Of a stretch of 64,000 nt of DNA, positions 25,613 through 35,042 are shown in pieces. The DNA comes from Paragordius varius (Eukaryota; Animalia; Nematomorpha). The notes under the pieces were generated by a model. The model saw only the letters and a list, made by a program, of their open reading frames with translations, ran no database searches and was not told the DNA's origin. The stretch lies in the NCBI GenBank assembly GCA_964247055.1, contig OZ176052.1:8494001-8558000 (forward strand), read 5' to 3'. The position numbers were made by a program, and so were the translations under genes. Position 1 is the stretch's first letter; the number at the start of each line of letters is the position of its first letter.

Positions 25613-26339
25613 TAATAACAATTCACGGATTTAACATTGTTTTATCAAAACATTATTAATCCGTCATTCACCATTACAATATCAATATTTTATGTTTCTT
25701 TGACAAAAATAATGCTGTTTAGTTATAAATTGATTGAGGTATTACTAAGCAGGTATACCCAAAATCTAGGGTAATTTTAATTCATTTTAATTTTATTAAT
25801 GTCAATTAAGTTTAATATAAAAATTAGTATAATCGACTGCATTTATAGTGTTGGATGTGTATATGTATATATACATATATAGTAAAAACTGAAATTATAC
25901 AGACAAAACGTAAAAATATAAGGACAAAATTTTTTCTAAAAGACAACCATACTTTTTGATTGAATAATTTAAATTTAATACATTGTTTTTTATTTCCGAA
26001 CTATAGAAAGAGATATATATTAGTAGCACAATCAATTCTATGTCTTACAATTGTAACTAAATAGCTTATGTAGGAATAATTAAGGTTTTAAAAAGTATGA
26101 TTGTGTTTTGAAAAAAATATTTGTCTTTATATTTTTACGTTTTGTCCGTATAATTTCAGTTTTTACTGTATATATACGCAATTGATATGTGATACCCCAA
26201 CAAATAGTTGTGTCATACTGAGTGCTAACGAAACTAGTCTGCGATTACTATTAACGAAGGGTTTCAATACCATATATATTTTCAGATTTAAAGTAATTTT
26301 CAGTTAATTTTCTATTTTCGTTTATAAAAAAAACTTACT

Positions 26340-26850
26340 TAATTAACTTCATATCCCTTATTTTATGGATAAACTTAAAGATAAAAATTTCCTCAACATG
26401 ACTAAATTAATTATGTTAAATAAAAATTGAGCTTTCCTAACTTGATAAAATTTTTACTGAAACATTAATTTATTTTTAAATTTTGATACCTCTTTTGCGG
26501 AAGCTCTGTCATAAAGGACTATTAGCCTCAGATTTATAGTTTACTGTGAAAATGGCTCCATTTATAAGCGGTTTCGGTTTATAATGAACCAAATTTTATG
26601 TATATTTCGTGCTGTAAAAATATAAACTATTAATGGACCAATCTTAGTTTTTACCATAAAATAAACCATTTATTTTTTAACAAAGAGTACTCTATCTAAT
26701 TCGACAATAATATTATGTATATATAAAAGGTAATTTAAATATTAATAAAAAAAATTATATTTTTAATTTCAAAACTCACCGCATTACAGGTGCATTTTTT
26801 TCAAAAATCCAGTAATGTGCGATAAACAGCCTATCTGGTCAATTAATCTA
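26340..26850. mobile_element. partial copy of the TAATGTGACCAGATA hAT MITE family
   Basis: Matches the interior and end of 37138-38489 (aaacagcctatctggtca terminus at about 26827-26845). Further fragments of this family's interior occur at about 22400-23300, 26980-27260 and 39240-40000. Confidence 0.7.
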
Positions 26851-27499
26851 GCCTATTTTAGAAAAGGGAAAAAATAGAATACAGCAGGATTTTATATACT
26901 CCCCGATTTTAGCGCGATGTATATTTAATATAAACTTGATGTAAATGAAATTCCGAGTATAAATGTTTAGCTTTATTAAAATATGTAGAAAAGGTGTTTT
27001 TGTCCGTTTCCAACACGCTTAAAAATAGCATGAAGTTTCTCAGTTTGATAAAATTTAAATTATTAAAGAAAGTATGCATTTTTTTAATAAAATTGTTGAC
27101 TAATCTGGCATATATAGATTTTTAGTAAAAACTCTGAATTTTTGCGTTTATTCTGAAGAAGTATCCCATTTTGGAGATCGCATAAATGAGACTTTTAGAC
27201 AATCAAAAATTAAATTTTTTAAAATATTTGCTTTAGATATGTAATTTATTATATATTTTAGGGATACTTTTATAGTAATTTTTGCTTTCATCAAAAAAAT
27301 TTTATTTGGTATAATGTGCGTTATGCGATTTTTATGGATCAATCACAAAAGTGCAAACAACTTTCTTATATCACTAGTAAGGGCCAAACCAAGAGTCACT
27401 AGAATCCGGATACATTTTTATATCAAAATATAAGTAATTCATTTCCCATATTTACAAATTTTATGATGCCATTAAAAAATTAACAAAAACCTTATATTT

Positions 27500-28540
27500 T
27501 ACCCGTTCCCCCCGTAAAATGCCATTTTCAAAATATAATTTTTTGCCCAGGGTATGAGACCGTTAAAATTCACTGAGGATTCCAGGTATTCCCTGTTAAA
27601 AGGCAAAAATTTTACTTGCGTTTTTTAATATTGGCTGCTGGGTAAACAGATAGCAGCTATAACTGCGCCACTATATAATTGCTTGTTTTGGAGCTAATTT
27701 ACAGAGAGCTCATTGTGTGTGTGTACAGTCGAGGTCCATTATATTGTAAATGAAACTTCTCCATAAATTGCGGTTTTAGTTTTAATGTTTAGTTCAGCCA
27801 AGGTTGCGTGGGTTTCTTGTTGAAAATTGTCCATCCACCTTATCCTTCTTCGGCCCCTTTTACGTGTACCGCTAACTTTACCCAACATCAAGAACTTTTC
27901 CAGTGAATTAGATCTCATAATGTGGCCAAAGTAAGATAGTTTGGTGCGGATGGACATTCCGAGCAATGACATGTCGGGATTGATTTTACTCAAAATTGCA
28001 TTGTTAGTAATTTTATCCGTCCATTTTATTTGTAAAAGTTTTCTCCACATCCACATTTCAAAGGAGTTAATTATCCGTGTGTCGGATTTTTTTAAAGTCC
28101 AACCTTCACACTCGTAGAGGAAAGTTGGAAAAAATTGCATTTGTAAGTCGAATTTTCGTTTTTAAGCTGACATCATGGGATGCCCATATTTTGTTATAAT
28201 TATTTGCGTTTGAAAAGCTTGAAATATTACCCGTAACTAGGTAAAATTAAGGTCGAGCTTTTTTTATTAGCCGTTAATTTTGGGCCTTTATGCCTTAAAA
28301 ATACGCCATCATACAATGATTATTTAGTGTTGAGATATTTTTTCGAAAACCCATGAGAGGATGGTATCAAAGATGATTCCAAATATTTGCCCTATATAGG
28401 TGAAAAATTTAAATCTGTGCTTTTCCATATAAGTCTATGGTTAGGGGTCTACCGGTTTTAAACTAAGACGCCATACTAAAATGGCGGTTTTGGAGCTAAT
28501 TTTCAAAAAACTTAAGAAGCCATACGAGTTCAGTTAAACA
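27500..28540 (+). repeat. fragment of the Helitron tandem array, split by an RTE LINE
   Basis: acccgttccccccgtaaaatgccatttt, ctgggtaaacagatagc and aaaagcttgaaatattacccgtaactagg match the units at 23850-25420. Confidence 0.85.
27706..28200 (-). mobile_element. 5'-truncated RTE (BovB-like) LINE 3' end
   Basis: ORF 28140-27739 reads LYECEGWTLKK..INSFEMWMWRKLLQIKWTDK..KLSYFGHIMRSNSLEKFLMLGKVSGTRKRGRRRIRWMD, the RTE ORF C-terminus, followed by a (CA)n tail at about 27713-27723. Confidence 0.9.
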
Positions 28541-28914
28541 CATTTCTGGGGATTTTATATAATATCATTCTATCCTTTAAAAAGGGTCACAAATGATTTA
28601 CTTTTTATATCCCTTGATCCCAGCTGTGTGAACACAATTTCAAAATAAAACTTTTAACCATGATTTCGTAAAACCTTAAAATAAATCCAATGATAGTTGA
28701 ATATTAACTTTAATAACTGACAGATTGATTATGGACACATTCGGGTAAACAACATTTGAGATGCAAAAACCCGATTAAGAATAATTAAAGACATTCTTTT
28801 TATTAAATATATTTTTATTCTTTTTTTATTCCATTAACTCTATTGCAAATTATAAGAATAATTATGGTGAGACTACGCCACACTGAAGCGTGAGAGGGCC
28901 AGCTAGTGTCTAGT

Positions 28915-29125
28915 ATAATTTACTATGAATCAGAAAATGTTATAGAAATTTATAAAACTGTAGATTTATTTTTGTCAATCTCTTAATACCGAAATAATCC
29001 TGATAAATATTATCAACAAAATTTCTAAGTGCTATTTCGAAGAAACTATTATCTCTTTTATATTTGTTGGGGTCGTTAAGAAACTCGCAATCATAAATGG
29101 GGTCGGGAACTACAAATAAGCCCTG
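28915..29125 (+). mobile_element. internally deleted fragment of the Buster-type hAT family of 35340-39083
   Basis: tttatatttgttggggtcgttaagaaactcgc..aataagccctg matches the 3' end at 35340-35420 (reverse); 28915-29050 is the reverse complement of about 38780-38910. Confidence 0.8.
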
Positions 29126-30224
29126 TTAAGTATTTATAAATGTTTTGATATCTCCAAATCAACCAAAAAATTTTGAACTCACAGAAATTTGTAACCTATT
29201 ATAAGGGATTAAAACTGACGCCGTTTTTGTTGAAACATAAACAAACTATTTTATAATCACAAAAACTGTTCCATATTCTTTTTTGAAGGGAAACCGCGGT
29301 TATAAAAGGCTAAATCAACAATCTTTCAATTTAAATTTATTTTATATAGTATTTCTAGGTTATTTAAAGTGTATATGTTGGTTTTCTTGTAAAGGTAGCG
29401 TTCTTTGAATTTTACAATTTAAACTAGGCTAAATAATAAGTGACGAAAAATTATTTGAAAAAACAATCGATACTATTGTGTTCGTGGCCGATTTTTAACA
29501 CTTCATTACCTTTACCTTTTTTTGTCCTAGTTTAATTTTTGGGGTAGTTTAATATCCCAGAGATCAACTTGAAAATAAACTAGTTTTGAAAATAATTTTG
29601 GTTAAAATATAATTATTATATCTTGTTCTCATGTATTGCATCAAAAAGCCTATATTTTTTATGGTTTTTGTAGAGTATTAGTTTAAAACAGCTCCAAAAC
29701 ACGATTAAAACGAACAGCTGATATTAAAATACACTTTATTATATTTTGCTGGTAAAATGTAGCCGGAAAGTTTGTTAAATTTAATTATTTACATTTTCTA
29801 ACCATATTACACATTTATTTGCCTGTTGCATTAGCAATTTAAAAATGTCGGAAAAAAAGTTTGAAATAAGGATTTTATTACAGTTTTAAATTTTTTTAAA
29901 AAAACTAATACGCTTAGACTAAAGAAACCATATCTTTAGTTTCGGCTAAATAGCTTAAATACTTTTTAAGATATTTAAATTAGAAAACGCTCTTGGATAA
30001 AAAACTAGCACAAAAGGTAAGGGAGTTTTAAATGTATCCGGAACATCAAGGCAAAAAATTTTTCTAATTATCTGTCATTAATAATCTAGCTCTTTTGATT
30101 AACTATTATAAACTAATCGTAATTATTTTATGATAATTTGAATTTATTTTAAGATAAATATAATTCATAAATTAATAAATAAATATATTCTCTAAATGGA
30201 CCCGTATGAAAAATAAAACACTTT

Positions 30225-32465
30225 TCATAATTTTCTTAATTCAAATGTAGCGTTTGCAGGGGTATCAGCAACATCACTGGGTAAATTGCTTTCATTTTCA
30301 GTGTTTATAAACTTTTGAAGAGTAACTCGTATGTCCTGCTTTTTAGATAAAAAATCTGAATCATTTTTCGAATTTATGCCATTTGTTCCATTTTCTGACT
30401 CATCAACTAACAAAGAAGCCATTTGACTTGAATGTGGTCGACTCCAAGGATTACTAGATGAAGCACTCTCTATTGATTTAAAAATTATTTTCACTTAAAA
30501 TATAAAAGTATGATATGAGTATATAAATCATTACATTAACGAAAAGTATTATTCTGGTATTAATTGCCTAAAGGGAATTTAAGTTACATGTCTGTGGCCT
30601 GGCATAAGATTTTTCATTCCATTACTTGCATATTTAATAGAAAATAATAATTTTTTCTCTTTAAGGTATATAAGGTCGAAAAATTTCATACATATCGTTA
30701 AACATTAATGTTTATAAAAATATGATTGTCTTTATTAAAAAAAACATTTTTCCATTTGACTTTTACGCTTTATCCTTAAAATTTTAATTTTTACTGTAAT
30801 ATATATTCAGAAAAGAAAAAAGGGAATATACCCAACAATTTCATATAACTCTCATTGATTTCAGCACTCCGTAACGTTGAAGCTTCAATGGCGGCTATAA
30901 GGGAGGCACGAAAACCCATTTTCTCCAGAATGTACACGCTGCGTGCTGTACAACCACCCGGGGAACAGACATCCCCTTTAAGAGCACCGAGTCCTGCATT
31001 GATACTTTCACTTGGATGGGCTGGATAATTGACGATAAAATTTAAAATTAAAAAAGACAAATATTTATCATTTTCAACTAAAAAATTTCATTTAACATTT
31101 AAATATTTCATCCATGTTTTACGTGTTAATTTTTTTTAAAAAAAAGATTTATCCAGGCAAAACTTTATTTTTCATTTATGGTTAACATTTTTAAATAAAT
31201 GTTCTGCATTGATATTGCCACTGGGGTGCTCATGATAATATTATACAACTTTTTCAATGTTTCCAAACATTAATGAAGACTTATTTCAAATATCCTATTT
31301 TAATTTTCTTATTTCGTCGAAACTGAAAAAATTATTTAATCATGTATTACATACTAGCTATAAATTCATAAATAACAATTATTGTTAACGAATTAAAACG
31401 GGAGCCTAAAATTATAAACGATTTTTAATATGAATATCCTAAGTTAATTTTATTAATCATGGGCGATTTTATAAAAATGTCATCTAAATCATGTTTTAAA
31501 CAAAAACTGTCATAAAAACATCCAATTTTAACACATACCCTTTAAGCACATTTGAGCCGCACCAATGAGCGTATAAGCAGCTAATCGTGTGGCCTGGGCT
31601 CGGGAAAGACCCATCATAACAGCCCCGTCAACAAGAGATTCCAGAAACATGAAAGTATAAGCCGGACCGGACCCGCTCAATGCAGTAACGCTATCCATTA
31701 GGCTTTCATCTTCCAATTCCTCAACCATACCCACGGAACCGAGAAGAGAAACTAGGAGTTTAGGGTCGCTTGGTTTAACACTGTTCCCTAAACAATAAAC
31801 CGAGGTTCCTTTACCAATTTGCATAGATATGTTGGGCATAACACGTGCTACACGGGTGTGTTGGGGTAAGGCCTAAAAATATAAAAGTAAAAATTAAAAT
31901 CAGAGATAAAACATAGGAACTAAAAGGACACAATTATATATTACATAATTGTAATCATAAGGTTTATGTAGGAATCAAGGTCTTTCAAAAAAATATCTGT
32001 CTTTTGAGAGTTTAGTCTGTATTTCAATTATTTTAGTTATTTAATCTATTTTTAAAACTAAATCAATCGATTAAATACCTTTTCTATAAAATTAAGGGTG
32101 CATCCCAGGGAGAATGATAGGATAAAGTGTTTTTTAGCAACGGCTGAGGCTATTTCAGGTAAAATTATAGGCATGACGTTTGGTTTAACGGCTAATATAA
32201 CTACATCACTAAACTTCATAACATCATTATTACTGTGAGTGGTATCGATTCCTAGTTCCTAAGCATTATTTAATTAAACATTACTGATATGGAATCCAAA
32301 AAAAGGCTATCAACTTTTGTTTTTGGGGCACTTGCAATAATTTGATTAGATTGATACTTGCCTTTTTGTTAATATATTCATACCTGATAAGAGCAGGCCT
32401 TTTGTCATCGCTTGTGCGACTTTACCTGCTCCAATAAAACCAATCCGCATTGCTGCCTTACTCAT
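30225..32465 (-). CDS. PYCR: pyrroline-5-carboxylate reductase (about 368 aa), 6 exons
   Basis: Exons 32465-32384, 32361-32285, 32258-32079, 31872-31539, 31020-30832, 30469-30225 (1107 nt). Motifs: RIGFIGAGKVA, VVILAVKP, RVMPN, VTALSGSGPAYTF, LKGDVCSPGG, GFRASLIAAIEAS. The last exon is a non-conserved tail with an alternative acceptor at 30493. Confidence 0.93.
32259..32284 (-). other. 26-nt GT-AG intron (PYCR intron 2)
   Basis: GTAATGTTTAATTAAATAATGCTTAG; retention gives an in-frame TAA; removal gives LFLDSIS|ELGIDTTHSN, aligning without a gap to the P5CR family. Confidence 0.88.
32362..32383 (-). other. 22-nt GT-AG intron (PYCR intron 1)
   Basis: GTATGAATATATTAACAAAAAG; removal gives GLLLSG|KYQSNQIIASAP (cf. 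human PYCR1 GFTAAGVLAAHKIMASSP); retention frameshifts to a stop. Confidence 0.88.
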
Positions 32466-32636
32466 GGTAAGTATGAATGAATAGAACCTCAGATAATAAA
32501 GATAGTATTAGTTAAAATTTAATTTAATCTGCTTTTCAGAGATTAAAAGGGATTAAATACGTTGTATGATTGTTTCATAAAATATAATTTAAAGCGTATG
32601 ATAAATTTGTATATCACATTTTTAGGTTAGTTACTC
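32466..32636. promoter_or_regulatory. 171-bp divergent (bidirectional) promoter/5'UTR interval between PYCR and DPH5 start codons
   Basis: Head-to-head ATGs at 32465 (-) and 32637 (+). No specific promoter motif recognised. Confidence 0.6.
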
Positions 32637-33624
32637 ATGCTTTTTTTAGTTGGACTTGGTTTATCTGGTATTAAAGATATTAGTTTAAAAGGCATTAAAA
32701 TAATACGTTCTGCGGATAAAATTTATTTAGAGACTTATACATCTATATTATTGGATAACATTAATGACGAATTGGTATCCATTTGATATTAATTATTAGA
32801 CCGCTTTTTATGGTAAACCTGTAGTATGTCTGAATCGTGAAGGAGTTGAGGAAGATAATGGTATTATTTAAATATATTTAGAATATATTATCGAAGCAAA
32901 AAATTTAAATATTGTCCTTTTAATTATAGGCGACCCTTTATCGTATAAATTAACATAATTTTAGCGCAACAACTCACTCCGAAATTTTATATAGATGCAT
33001 TCAAAAAAATATTCCTTACAAAATAATTCACAATGCATCCATATTGACAGCTATAGGAGATACTGGATTACAAGTTAGTTGTGTAAAATATGTAAGTTAT
33101 ACCGGTTTGGTGAAATTGTTTCTATTGTGAATTGGACTGAAAATTATCAACCTACAAGTTTTTACGACAAAATTGAGCAAAATCTGAAACGAAATTTACA
33201 TACTTTATGTTTACTTGGTAATGCAATATAGTATATTTAGATATTAAATTGCAAGAAAAATCAGTTGAAAACATCATAAAGTAATATTTTGATATTTAAT
33301 TATAATTAGAAACCGGAATATATATGAACCACCATTTTTTATGACAATTAATCGAGCTTTAACAATTTTCACAAAAATTATGGAAAACTCAAGTTGTCTC
33401 CTAAAACGTAAAATAAAAATAACCATATAGCTTCAACTAGATGCTTTGGTGTTGCCAGATTAGGCTCAGAAACTCAATGTATTGCCTCTGGGGAAATCCA
33501 AGAATTATTAAATTTTGATTTTGGCCCAGAGTTACATTCATTAATAATTTGTGGGGAAATGCATGATTTAGAAATGTTTTTTTATAATCATTTTCACATA
33601 TCAAAAATAAATCCAATTTATTAA
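32637..33624 (+). CDS. DPH5: diphthine methyl ester synthase (273 aa), 8 exons, all introns 21-29 nt
   Basis: Exons 32637-32774, 32800-32860, 32882-32942, 32965-33073, 33097-33217, 33241-33280, 33310-33407, 33431-33624 (822 nt). Protein: MLFLVGLGLSGIKDISLKG..KIYLETYTSIL..LIIGDPLSATTHSEI..IIHNASILTAIGDTGLQLYRFGEIVSI..SFYDKI..LHTLCLLDIKLQE..IYEPTIFMTIN..CFGVARLGSETQCI..GPELHSLIICGEMHDLE, collinear with DPH5 over its full length. Confidence 0.95.
32775..33430 (+). other. seven ultra-short GT-AG introns of DPH5
   Basis: 32775-32799 (25 nt), 32861-32881 (21), 32943-32964 (22), 33074-33096 (23), 33218-33240 (23), 33281-33309 (29), 33408-33430 (23). Each removal restores the conserved frame. Confidence 0.92.
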
Positions 33625-34088
33625 CATATATCACAATTTTTAAAGTAACTATATAATATAAGCCAGGTATTTAAAAAACCAAAATCAATGATATTATTAA
33701 GTGATATGAAGTTTGATGATATATATTTACAAGAATATTTATACTGAGAACATGAATCATGTGTATAAGCAATATTTCCAATACCCAAATTAAAGAAATT
33801 AATATTATTAGCCGAATGTAAATAAAGAATATCTAACATTTTTTGATAGACATTTATGTTTCTAATAGATGGAGGAATTTGGATAAATTCATTTGATAGT
33901 TCAATCATATAGTTGGTAAAATCATGTTTGGAGGGATTATTTCGATAAACATAATATACTAGTGTGGAGCCAGATATAAAAAAGCCAGATTTTAGAGGAT
34001 TGTTTTTAATATCATAAAAGAGATCTCTAAAAGCGATTCGATAATCTGCCAATAAAGAGGTTGCTTTATTTTGGATTAATTTGAGCAT
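33621..34088 (-). CDS. TIMM29: mitochondrial import inner membrane translocase subunit Tim29 (155 aa, apparently intronless)
   Basis: SLLADYRIAFRD..IKNNPLKS..NPSKHDF..IPPSIRN..NFFNLGIGNIAY..QYKYSCKYI..IIDFGFLNTWLIL..KNCDI matches the Tim29 pattern (cf. human ALLRDY..RARP..APATRN..YVNLG..LDVGFVGRWWVL..DCDIN). Confidence 0.85.
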   Translation of the reverse strand: MLKLIQNKATSLLADYRIAFRDLFYDIKNNPLKSGFFISGSTLVYYVYRNNPSKHDFTNYMIELSNEFIQIPPSIRNINVYQKMLDILYLHSANNINFFNLGIGNIAYTHDSCSQYKYSCKYISSNFISLNNIIDFGFLNTWLILYSYFKNCDIC

Positions 34089-34451
34089 AAACGCGCCTTA
34101 CATACAAAGGTAAGATGTGTGTTTGAGATATTAATAATTTTCACTATTATTTTTTTTTACTTTTTTGTACTAATTTGCTTTTTGGGGTAGTTTTACATCC
34201 TAGGCTTAGTTTTTTAAATAAACTACAATAATCTATTTCAGTTTAAATTTAATTATTCAACATTGTTCTTTTGTATTAGAGAAAAAGTTTGATTTTTAAC
34301 AGTATTGTGACTTCTAGAGTCTTAAATTGGACCACAATCGAACTATACAGCAGATTTTAAATATTTTTTTAATTAAGTTTTGCTGGTAAGATGCAGTCTG
34401 GACGAGGGTTAATTATTTACAATTCTAAAATATATTTGCCTATTGTATTAA

Positions 34452-35042
34452 CACTTCGATTCAAATTGGGGCATCTAAATATCCTAGGCTTAATTTAAAC
34501 TGATATTATAAAATATCTACTGATGGCAACGGTTCCAATTAAAAATTACTTCTATCTTATTAAAAAAATAAGTCAAAATATCTAAATAAAATTTTGTTTT
34601 AAAAAAAACTTCCATGTCAAACTACTTCGACGCCATTTTTATTTTACAAATTTTTGCAAAATATCGTCTTCATCTAATTTTAAGGGTAAAAGCTAATTTT
34701 TTATTTAAATTACATCTAACATTGATGGAAATAGAAAAAGCAGTTTTGTATTATTTTTCAATTTCACATTGCACACATGTCACGTTTACCAAATTTTAAC
34801 CTTTCGGTTTTAGCTTAAAATAAACATTATGAAGTATTTTTCAATTAAAATTTTTACATATTTCGGTTTATTAATGTTATATAAATGCAAAATTTTGCCA
34901 TGGTTTCAATTTCTTCCATAATTTTTTATAGAATTTAATTTTAAAAGGCCTAGGTTCTTGTATATAACACATTCATTTCAGTCCTTCGATTCAAATTGGG
35001 GTAGTTATTGGGTATTTAGATACCCCAATTTGAATCGAAGTA
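34452..35042. mobile_element. TTAA/piggyBac-type MITE, 591 bp
   Basis: TTAA at 34448-34451 and 35043-35046; inverted termini cacttcgattcaaattgggg / ccccaatttgaatcgaagta. Confidence 0.85.

Noticed and set aside
28870-28906. Weak hairpin plus CAGCTAG|T as the 3' end of a second Helitron family
   Set aside because: No matching 5' end or second copy was found in the window.
32775-32799. DPH5 intron 1 donor GTATCCATTT as a U12-type intron
   Set aside because: It only approximates GTATCCTT, and no TCCTTAAC branch site is present; treated as U2-type.
32637-33624. DPH5 as a frameshifted pseudogene or product of sequencing indels
   Set aside because: Every break is bounded by GT...AG and is an AT-rich insertion of 21-29 nt; removal restores conserved motifs with no residual stop, which random indels would not do seven times.
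33437-33634. Minus-strand 65-aa ORF as a TIMM29 extension by frameshift
   Set aside because: It is the antisense shadow of DPH5 exon 8 and has no Tim29 similarity.
32259-34088. Compact island as ciliate, microsporidian or other contaminant or misassembly
   Set aside because: It uses the standard code (TAA as stop), encodes the animal-type Tim29, and PYCR crosses the boundary with both tiny and normal introns. A tiny intron probably also occurs in CDK12. Long-read confirmation is still desirable.
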